Positions 57,268 through 64,000 of a stretch of DNA of 64,000 bases are shown piece by piece. The DNA comes from Dehalococcoidia bacterium (GTDB lineage Bacteria; Chloroflexota; Dehalococcoidia; DSTF01; JACRBR01). The notes beneath the pieces are model-generated. The model saw only the letters and a program-made list of their open reading frames with translations, ran no database searches and was not told the origin of the DNA. Where the stretch lies: NCBI GenBank assembly GCA_038227375.1, contig JBBRPY010000004.1, positions 39,565-103,564 of the forward strand, in the 5' to 3' direction. The translations under genes were made by a program, and so were the position numbers. Each line of letters opens with the position of its first letter. Positions within the stretch are counted from its first letter, which is position 1.

Positions 57268-58326
57268 ATGGCCGACCAGGTACCCGGCATTGACTTCAGA
57301 CGGCTGCTGCCGTGGTTTCGCGAGCACGTAGCGCCGGCAACGGAGCTGCGCGCAAGCGTCATCGGCCACGGGCGGTCGAACATCACCTACCGGCTTGTGT
57401 CCGAAACCGGCGCCGAGTGGGTGCTGCGCCGCCCGCCGCTCTCGCACGTGCTGCCGACCGCGCACGACATGAAGCGGGAGTACCGCGTGATCTCGGCGCT
57501 CGAGCAGACCGCCGTGCCGGTACCGCACGCCATCGCCCTCTGCGAGGACGTGGCCGTCAACGACGCCCCGTTCTACATCATGTCGTTCGTCGATGGCATG
57601 GTGCCGATCGACCCCGCCGCCGTCTCGGCGACGTACGACGAATCGACCCGCCGCCGCATGGGTGAGGAGCTGATTGACACGCTCGTGGCGTTTCACGCGG
57701 TCGATCCCGCGTCCGTCGGACTGGGCGATTTCGGCAAGCCGGAAGGGTTCATCGCCCGCCAGGTGAAGCGGTTTCACGAGCAGTTGGCGCGGTCAAAGGT
57801 GCGGGAGCTGCCTGAACTCGAAGAGCTGGGCCGGCGGCTGGCGAAGGCGATGCCGCGGGAATCGGCGCACACACTCGTCCACGGCGACTATCGGCTCGAC
57901 AACTGCGTGTACGACAGCGGCGGCCACATTGCTGCCGTGCTGGACTGGGAGATGGCGACGCTCGGCGATCCGCTCGCCGACCTGGGACTGCAGGTGATGT
58001 ACTGGCCCGAGCGGGGCCAGCCCGCGGCGGCGTCGGGCTCCGGCGTGGCCGCGGGCGCCGTGCTGACGCTGCCCGGCTTTCCGACGCGAGAAGAGGCGAT
58101 GCAGCGGTACGCCGCGAAGAGCGGGCGCGATCTCAGCAACCTGGACTTCTACGCCGCCCTCGCGTACTTCAAGCTCGCCGTCATCCTCGAAGGGATCAAC
58201 GCGCGCTTCCTCGAAGGGGGCACCGTCGGCGCCGGATTCGAGACGATGGCGCAGCAGGTGCTGGTCCTCACGCGGGCCGGCATCGCCGTCACCGATCAGT
58301 CGTCGATCGCCGCGCTCCGCGGCTAG
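57268..58326 (+). CDS. phosphotransferase (APH / ACAD10-11 N-terminal kinase-like) family protein
   Basis: Contains HGRSNITYRL, the catalytic loop LVHGDYRLDNCV and VLDWEMATLGDPLADL. Confidence 0.82.
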   Translation: MADQVPGIDFRRLLPWFREHVAPATELRASVIGHGRSNITYRLVSETGAEWVLRRPPLSHVLPTAHDMKREYRVISALEQTAVPVPHAIALCEDVAVNDAPFYIMSFVDGMVPIDPAAVSATYDESTRRRMGEELIDTLVAFHAVDPASVGLGDFGKPEGFIARQVKRFHEQLARSKVRELPELEELGRRLAKAMPRESAHTLVHGDYRLDNCVYDSGGHIAAVLDWEMATLGDPLADLGLQVMYWPERGQPAAASGSGVAAGAVLTLPGFPTREEAMQRYAAKSGRDLSNLDFYAALAYFKLAVILEGINARFLEGGTVGAGFETMAQQVLVLTRAGIAVTDQSSIAALRG

Positions 58327-58378
58327 GTCCCCCAAAGACGAGCGCCATCAGGACGCAATAGCAAAAAAGGAACTCCAC

Positions 58379-59227
58379 ATGAAGGACTTCAAGGGCAAGG
58401 TCGCCGTCGTGACCGGGGCAGCGAGCGGCATCGGGCGCGGGCTCGCCGACCGGTTCGCCGCCGAGGGCATGCGCGTCGTGCTGGCTGATGTCGAGCAGCC
58501 CGCGCTCGATCAGGCGGAGCGGGAGATGACGGCAGCCGGCGCCACCGTGCTCGCCGTGCGCACCGACGTCTCCCGGCTGGCGGACGTGGAGGCGCTGGCG
58601 CAGAAGACGCTCGACCGCTTCGGCGGCGTCCACATCCTCTGCAACAACGCAGGTGTCGGAGGACGCGGCGGCACCTGGGACTCGTCGCTACAGGACTGGG
58701 AGTGGGCGCTCGGCGTCAACCTCTGGGGCGTCATTCACGGCGTGCGGACCTTCGTGCCGATCATGCTCGAGAAGGGCGAAGAAGGGCACATCGTCAACAC
58801 CGCATCGGTCGCGGGGCTGGTCGCGGGCGCCGCCGTCCCCTCGTACACGACGAGCAAGTTCGCCGTCGTCGGATTCTCGGAGAGCCTGTACTACGAACTG
58901 GAGATGGCGTCCGCCGGCAAGATCAAGGTCTCCGTCCTCTGCCCGGCGATGACGAACACCCGCATCCTCGATTCCGGCCGCAACCATCCGTCCGGCGCCG
59001 CGCCCGGGCCGGCGGAGGGCACGCCGGAGCGGGCGATGCTCGACATGCTGAAGGACATCTTTCAGGGCGGCATGGCGCCCTCGCAGACGGCGCAGATCGT
59101 CTTCGACGCCATCGTCGAGGGGCGCTTCTACGTCCTCACCCATCCCGCGCACAACGCGGTGCTCCAGCGCAAGGGAGATGCGGTGGTGGCCGGCGGCCCG
59201 CCGCCAGTGCTGCAGCCCGGACCGTAG
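58379..59227 (+). CDS. SDR family oxidoreductase
   Basis: Contains VVTGAASGIGRGLA, NNAGV and YTTSKFAVVGFSE. Confidence 0.88.
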   Translation: MKDFKGKVAVVTGAASGIGRGLADRFAAEGMRVVLADVEQPALDQAEREMTAAGATVLAVRTDVSRLADVEALAQKTLDRFGGVHILCNNAGVGGRGGTWDSSLQDWEWALGVNLWGVIHGVRTFVPIMLEKGEEGHIVNTASVAGLVAGAAVPSYTTSKFAVVGFSESLYYELEMASAGKIKVSVLCPAMTNTRILDSGRNHPSGAAPGPAEGTPERAMLDMLKDIFQGGMAPSQTAQIVFDAIVEGRFYVLTHPAHNAVLQRKGDAVVAGGPPPVLQPGP

Positions 59228-59410
59228 AGGCCTTCGGGCCGCGAGCCTCCCAACGGGGGCGGCCAATATCCCGCCGGTTTGCTCGAACGCGCAACTTGAC
59301 GAAAAATGCAACCTCGCCGCACTTCCAAATGGCTTGCGGAGGTGCTATTCTAGCGTTCACTAAGTAACCGCGCGCCGGAACATAACCGGCATTGAAAGGA
59401 CAGGCAGGCG

Positions 59411-60649
59411 ATGGGCGAGGCAGTACAGGACTGGACGACCGACTACGACATCTTCGACCCGTCGTACAAGAAGGACCCGTTCCCCATGTGGGACCAGATC
59501 CGCGAGAAGTGCCCGGTCGCCACGACCGACCGCTGGGGCGGCTCCTTCATGCCGACACGCTACGAGGACCTCTTCAACATCGCGCGCGACATCCAGCACT
59601 TCTCCTCGCGCAACGTGCTGGTGACCGACTTCGGCGAGCCGATCGAGGTCGAAGGAGAGACCGTTGCGCCCGAGGTGAACACCGCCGCGCAGTACAACGG
59701 TGGCGCGCCGCCGATCACCTCGGACCCGCCGGTGCACACGTGGGCGCGGAAGCTGCTGCTGCCGCCGTTCACCGCGACCGCTGTCGCGAAGTGGGAGCCG
59801 GAGACGCGCAGACTCTGTGCCGAGCTGGTCGACGGCTTCCTCGCGAACGGCCGAGCCGACGGCGCCGCTGACTACGCCCAGCAGATCCCGCCGCGCGTGA
59901 TCGCCGACATGCTTGGCATCCCGAACGACATGGCCGGCACATTCACGGAATGGGTGCGCGGCTTCCTCGAGCTCGGCCTCACCGACCCCGAGCTGCGGCA
60001 ATCGTCCGCGATCAACATCTTCACCTACATGAACGAGCGCATCCAGGAGCGCAAGGCGAACCTGCAGGAGGACGACCTCCTCAGCTACCTGCTGACGGCC
60101 ACCGTCGACGGCGAGCCGGTGCCTGAGCCGCACGTGCTCGGCACCTGCTTCCTGCTGATGGTCGCCGGCATCGACACGACGTGGAGCTCGATCGGCTCCG
60201 CCATCTGGCACCTCGCACAGCACCCGAAGGACCGCGCGCGCCTGATCGCCGAGCCGGCGCTGATCGACAGCGCCGTTGAGGAGCTGCTGCGGGCGTACTC
60301 GCCGGTGACGATGGCCCGCTATGTCGCCGAAGACACCGTGTATAACGGCTGCCCGATGTCCGAGGGCGACAAGGTGCTGATGAACTTCCCGGCGGCGAAC
60401 CGCGACCCGAAGGTCTTCGACCGCCCGGATGAGGTGATCCTCGACCGCGAGAAGAACCCGCACATCGCGTTCGGCGTCGGCATCCACCGCTGCGCCGGCT
60501 CGAACCTCGCGCGGATGGAGATGAAGGTCGCGATCGAAGAGTGGCTGAAGCGCATTCCCGACTTCCGGCTGGAAGACCCGGACGCCGTCACGTGGGCGGG
60601 CGGCCAGGTGCGCGGCCCGCGGCTGATGCCGCTGGTGTGGCCATCATGA
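59411..60649 (+). CDS. cytochrome P450
   Basis: I-helix LLMVAGIDTTWS, EELLR, and the heme loop FGVGIHRCAGSNLARME. Confidence 0.95.
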   Translation: MGEAVQDWTTDYDIFDPSYKKDPFPMWDQIREKCPVATTDRWGGSFMPTRYEDLFNIARDIQHFSSRNVLVTDFGEPIEVEGETVAPEVNTAAQYNGGAPPITSDPPVHTWARKLLLPPFTATAVAKWEPETRRLCAELVDGFLANGRADGAADYAQQIPPRVIADMLGIPNDMAGTFTEWVRGFLELGLTDPELRQSSAINIFTYMNERIQERKANLQEDDLLSYLLTATVDGEPVPEPHVLGTCFLLMVAGIDTTWSSIGSAIWHLAQHPKDRARLIAEPALIDSAVEELLRAYSPVTMARYVAEDTVYNGCPMSEGDKVLMNFPAANRDPKVFDRPDEVILDREKNPHIAFGVGIHRCAGSNLARMEMKVAIEEWLKRIPDFRLEDPDAVTWAGGQVRGPRLMPLVWPS

Positions 60650-60849
60650 AGGTGCGGGTAGACAGCGAGAAGTGCCAGGGGCACAACCGGTGCTATGCGC
60701 TCGCGCCCGGCCTCTTCAAGGTCGACGAACTAGGCTACGCCACCCCGCGCGGCGACGGCACCGTCCCGCCCGAGCTGCGTGAGAAGGCGAAGATCGCCGT
60801 CGAGAACTGCCCCGAGCGCGCGATCGAGATCAGCGAGGAAGACGCGTAG
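60646..60849 (+). CDS. ferredoxin (small 3Fe-4S type), coupled to the P450
   Basis: MKVRVDSEKCQGHNRCYALAPGLFKVDE...IAVENCPERAIEI. The ATG overlaps the P450 stop (ATGA). Confidence 0.88.
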   Translation: MKVRVDSEKCQGHNRCYALAPGLFKVDELGYATPRGDGTVPPELREKAKIAVENCPERAIEISEEDA

Positions 60850-60987
60850 GCGCGTTGCAGTAGCGTTGTTTCCCCTGTGTGCCGGACGTCGTTTGCCTCC
60901 GTGACGTTCGTTGTCCGCGTGGGCGGCGTCGCCCGTCTTAACCGGGGCGCGGCCATCTTACAGGCGTGAGGGAGCATCCGTAGCGGA

Positions 60988-61356
60988 TCAAGTTCTCGTG
61001 GCCTGCCGAAGATGCGCAACCCATCGGTCTAAATTGCCCTGACCGTCGTAGAACTTTACTACCGTCCCGTCATTCAGGCGGAGCCGAATCCGCCGACCTC
61101 CGAAAATAAGGTCGAAGAGTGAGCCCTTGTCCACCGACGAAATTCGGTCAAGCCGTATCTCGCGCGATTGCCGGCGAAACGGCCAGATCGGTCCAGACTC
61201 GTACCACAACAGGCGCTGATTCGTGAGGCGGAGAGGACCCCAACGGCCTCCGCCAAATCCTCGGGCCATTGCCGCGCCACCCTCATAGGCGACCTCTTCG
61301 CCCTCAGCGAGTGCGAATTCCGATGACGCCGGGCGAGACCCAAAGAGGAACGCCAT
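60988..61356 (-). CDS. hypothetical protein with bacterial PH (GRAM-like) domain pattern
   Basis: MAFLFGSRPASSEFALAEGEEVAYEG...LRLTNQRLLWYESGPIWPFRRQSREIRLDRISSVDKG...RIRLRLNDGTVVKF. The start is taken at ATG 61356. It lies in a lower-GC patch. Confidence 0.5.
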   Translation of the reverse strand: MAFLFGSRPASSEFALAEGEEVAYEGGAAMARGFGGGRWGPLRLTNQRLLWYESGPIWPFRRQSREIRLDRISSVDKGSLFDLIFGGRRIRLRLNDGTVVKFYDGQGNLDRWVAHLRQATRT

Positions 61357-61559
61357 CGCTCTAGTAATCTTCACTCTGCTCCCTGACGGTAGCCAGGTAC
61401 AGTCGGCCGCAAAGGGCTTTGATCCTGCGCGCGTTATTGCCGTTCGAGAACCGACGGGTAATCTCCAGATAAGCCATCGGCTTGCTGCTTGTACATTTCG
61501 CACGGGCGGTGCCTGTTGCCCAGCGCTTCGGCAATTGCTTCGACATTCTTGCGGTTTGC

Positions 61560-61760
61560 TTACCGTCCTCGGCGATTCGATGCGAGGATCTTTGACGCGA
61601 ACCAGATACCGAGTAATGATTCGAGCGACACAATCCCTACTACCCAGGTGATCATGAAAGCGGACGTTCCGCCCCAAAATAGGCCCGAAAGTGTGGCGAT
61701 TGCGATGATGATGGCTACTGGGAAATATCGAAGCATGGTCACGCCACTAGTATCGGTCAT
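61560..61760 (-). CDS. small two-TM membrane protein (hypothetical)
   Basis: 66 aa: ..YFPVAIIIAIATLSGLFWGG..FMITWVVGIVSLESLLGIWFA.. . It lies in a lower-GC patch. Confidence 0.4.
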   Translation of the reverse strand: MTDTSGVTMLRYFPVAIIIAIATLSGLFWGGTSAFMITWVVGIVSLESLLGIWFASKILASNRRGR

Positions 61761-61925
61761 CTGAGGCCCGTCATGCGGGCCTCAGGGTTGTCACACCAAC
61801 GGTGCAGCCCTCGCCCCTAAGGAATGTTCCTTCTGCGGGAGACGTGCGACACTGTGTCCAGCCGGAAGGGGGCGCACGGCGCACCGTCGCGGCGGGGCTG
61901 CGGACAACGGATCGGAGAACCCCCG

Positions 61926-63167
61926 ATGGAACTCGCACCGGCGGCGGCGGGATTCTCCCCCGAACGCCTCGAGCGGATCACTCAGCATCTCAACGAGCAG
62001 TACATCGCGCCCGGCAAGATCGCCGGCTGCCAGGCGCTGGTCGCGCGCCGGGGGCACGTCGCGTACCACCGGTCGCTCGGCGAGATGGACCGCGAGCGCA
62101 AGCGGCCGATGGCGGACGACGCGATCTTCCGCATGTTCTCGATGACCAAGCCGATCACGTCGGTCGCGCTGATGACCCTGTACGAACAGGGCTACTTCCA
62201 GCTGAACGATGCGGTGCATCGCGTGATCCCGGAATGGCGCGACATGCGCGTCTACGTCTCCGGCGAGGGGGAGCAGATGGAAACGCGCGCGCCGGGGCGC
62301 CCGATGACGTTCCGCCACCTGTTGAGCCACCAGAGCGGACTCTCGTACGGTGGCGGCCTAGCGCAGCTCATCGGCGCCAACATGCCCATGCATCCCGCCG
62401 ACGCGGCCTACGTCGCCGCTGGCGCCCAGCGCAGGCGGGATGAGACGCTGCGGGGCTTCGTCGAGAAACTCGCGAGCGTGCCGCTTCGCTTCGATCCGGG
62501 CGACCACTGGATGTACTCGTACTCGACCGACGTCTGCGGCTACCTCGTCGAGGCGATCTCCGGAAAGCCATTCGACGCGTACCTCAAGGAAGTGATCTTC
62601 GACCCGCTCGGGATGGTCGACACTGCCTTTTCTGTCGCACCGGAGAAGAAGCAGCGGCTGGCCGCTGGCTACCGGCGCGCAGCCGACAAGTCGCTGCGAC
62701 TCATCGATGACCCGGAGACCAGCCCGTACCTGACGCGCCCGTCGTTCTTCTCCGGAGGCGGCGGCCTGACCAGCACCATGTCCGACTACCTGCGGTTCTG
62801 CGAGATGCTCCGTGGCGGTGGCGAGCTTGAGGGCAGCCGGATTCTCGGTCCGCGCACGCTGCGCATGATGACGCAGAATCATCTCACCGGCGGCGGCGAT
62901 CTCTCGCGGACGGCGATGGGGCCCTTCTCGGAGACGGCGTACGAGGGAGTGGGATTTGGCCTCGGGTTCGCGATGACGCTCGACAATGTGGCCGCCGGTT
63001 CGATTGGCGCCGGCGACTACTACTGGGGCGGCGCGGCGTCGACGATCTTCTGGATCGACCCGGCGGAGGACCTGATCGTCATCTTCATGACGCAGGTGCT
63101 GCCGTCGACGACGTTCAACTTCCGCGGCCAGCTCAAGAGCATCATCTACGCCGCTATGGTCGACTGA
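61926..63167 (+). CDS. serine hydrolase (beta-lactamase family)
   Basis: S-x-x-K motif in FRMFSMTKPITSVALMTL, and C-terminal YYWGGAASTIFWIDP. The start is at ATG 61926. Confidence 0.82.
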   Translation: MELAPAAAGFSPERLERITQHLNEQYIAPGKIAGCQALVARRGHVAYHRSLGEMDRERKRPMADDAIFRMFSMTKPITSVALMTLYEQGYFQLNDAVHRVIPEWRDMRVYVSGEGEQMETRAPGRPMTFRHLLSHQSGLSYGGGLAQLIGANMPMHPADAAYVAAGAQRRRDETLRGFVEKLASVPLRFDPGDHWMYSYSTDVCGYLVEAISGKPFDAYLKEVIFDPLGMVDTAFSVAPEKKQRLAAGYRRAADKSLRLIDDPETSPYLTRPSFFSGGGGLTSTMSDYLRFCEMLRGGGELEGSRILGPRTLRMMTQNHLTGGGDLSRTAMGPFSETAYEGVGFGLGFAMTLDNVAAGSIGAGDYYWGGAASTIFWIDPAEDLIVIFMTQVLPSTTFNFRGQLKSIIYAAMVD

Positions 63168-63195
63168 CCGGGACGATGCGGCCCCAAGGGCGAAG

Positions 63196-63221
63196 TGGTA
63201 CCCCCGACAGGGGTCGAACCC
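63196..63221 (-). other. tRNA 3'-end fragment (T-loop to CCA), putative attachment-site repeat
   Basis: The minus strand reads GGGTTCGACCCCTGTCGGGGGTACCA (T-loop TTCGACC, T-stem CCTGT, acceptor strand CGGGGGT, discriminator A, CCA). No matching 5' acceptor strand or anticodon arm lies upstream. Confidence 0.5.
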
Positions 63222-63403
63222 ACTTTACCTACACGAATTCGCGTTGGTTCGCGCCTGAGGAATTGATTCTGAAGGCGTCTTAGGAACGAGATCGCGGTGG
63301 CGATCGCCGAACTGAATAACTCGCTTAGGGCAGCGTGAGGCTCTCGGCGGACCTGGGAAGGGTCCGCGGAGGGCCTTTTTCGTTTGGAGCGGACGACGGA
63401 TCG

Positions 63404-64000
63404 ATGACGGAAGCATTTACCAGACACACGGCCGCGTTCCCGTGCGGCGTCTGCGACGGCCATGCGGGTCTGCCGCACGGCCGAGGCGTGCGCTGTGCGG
63501 GCTTCACGCTCGACCTCGTCATCTACTGCACGCGGGAAGAGTACGCAGGCAGTTTGCCGTTCGAGATGTCCGTTTCGCCTGGCGCTTACAAGCATGCTCG
63601 GTTCGGTCGCTGTGGTTGCGGGGCGTCGCACGGCTGGGGGTCTGGTGCTCGGGATCGTACGACACACGCGCGACCGCCGATCGCCTCGGTGGAGGATCGT
63701 GACGCTATCTATAGCTTCGCGCTGGGTCTCCTCCCGCTGCGCGAAAACGCACGACACGACCTGCGCCGACGCGGGCTCACCGACGAAATGATCGCGGACT
63801 GGCGGTTCCGCTCGATTCCGATGAAGGGCAAGGAGCACCAGGACTTCATGCGGTCGATGACAGAGCGGTTCGGAGAGGACGCCTTGCGGCTGTGTCCCGG
63901 CGTTACGGACAAGAACAAGCGGCTGACGTTTTGGGGCGGCGACGCCCGGCGCGACGGGTACATCGTCCCGTACATCAATGAGCACGCGCAGATCACGGGC
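63404..64000 (+). CDS. phage/plasmid-type replication protein N-terminus (zinc-binding Cys/His cluster plus primase-like linker), partial
   Basis: Not in the ORF track because there is no stop in the window. Manual translation gives MTEAFTRHTAAFPCGVCDGHAGLPHGRGVRCAGFT...HARFGRCGCGASHGW...DRDAIYSFALGLLPLRENARHDLRRRGLTDEMIADWRFRSIP...VPYINEHAQITG, open to the window end. The function is inferred from pattern only. Confidence 0.55.
   Translation, partial: MTEAFTRHTAAFPCGVCDGHAGLPHGRGVRCAGFTLDLVIYCTREEYAGSLPFEMSVSPGAYKHARFGRCGCGASHGWGSGARDRTTHARPPIASVEDRDAIYSFALGLLPLRENARHDLRRRGLTDEMIADWRFRSIPMKGKEHQDFMRSMTERFGEDALRLCPGVTDKNKRLTFWGGDARRDGYIVPYINEHAQITG

Larger units (their letters stand above)
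63196..64000 (+). mobile_element. left border of a putative tRNA-targeting integrative element (continues beyond the window)
   Basis: A tRNA 3' fragment is followed by a lower-GC spacer and a Cys/His-rich replication (primase-like) gene. The integrase and the intact tRNA would lie to the right, outside the window. Confidence 0.35.

Noticed and set aside
60541-60645. N-terminal extension of the ferredoxin ORF
   Set aside because: It overlaps the P450 C-terminus in another frame. The ATGA-coupled start at 60646 gives a normal 67-aa ferredoxin.
63196-63290. Complete tRNA gene on the minus strand
   Set aside because: Only the 3' 26 nt are tRNA-like. There is no 5' acceptor strand, D arm or anticodon arm, so it is reported as a fragment or att candidate instead.

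Overview
This is a high-GC (roughly 65-70% by eye) bacterial chromosomal segment with about 65 protein genes, one tRNA-Ser(GCU), no rRNA and no CRISPR. All calls rest on reading the sequence and ORF translations; no database search was run. Gene content suggests a monoderm, Chloroflexota-like or deep actinobacterial organism: LPXTG-anchored cupredoxin, F420/DDN-type enzyme, dnaJ-hspR-clpB, apparent leaderless promoters. That placement is inference only.

Recognisable genes:
- Stress and DNA/RNA handling: clpB, dnaJ, hspR, ftsH, uvrB, rnhB, yraN, dtd.
- Cofactor and sugar metabolism: nadB, nadC, pdxS, galU.
- Others: an ECF sigma/anti-sigma pair, two FKBP isomerases, an oxalyl-CoA decarboxylase/2-hydroxyacyl-CoA lyase homolog, a P450-ferredoxin cluster, four acyl-CoA dehydrogenases (three in tandem), and several VOC, SDR and serine-hydrolase genes.

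The most unusual signal is non-coding. Many intergenic regions carry short tandem arrays of heptanucleotides, with at least seven different units, always G/T-rich on one strand.
- Two inverted array pairs each enclose a four-helix-bundle gene (23S-rRNA-IVS-protein/Avd-like). Both sit exactly in the intercistronic junctions of the tandem acyl-CoA dehydrogenase operon.
- Two further inverted pairs are empty.
- Two further pairs are direct repeats around ordinary genes.

Other points:
- a second dispersed hairpin repeat family;
- a frameshift-split GT-C-like membrane protein carrying an HPD-less J-like insert;
- a galU-coupled 437-aa unknown protein;
- a candidate terminated sRNA;
- a 21-bp palindrome upstream of nadBC;
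- a low-GC islet;
- a tRNA 3'-fragment followed by a primase-like gene at the right edge, likely an integrative-element border.

Start codons are approximate where noted.
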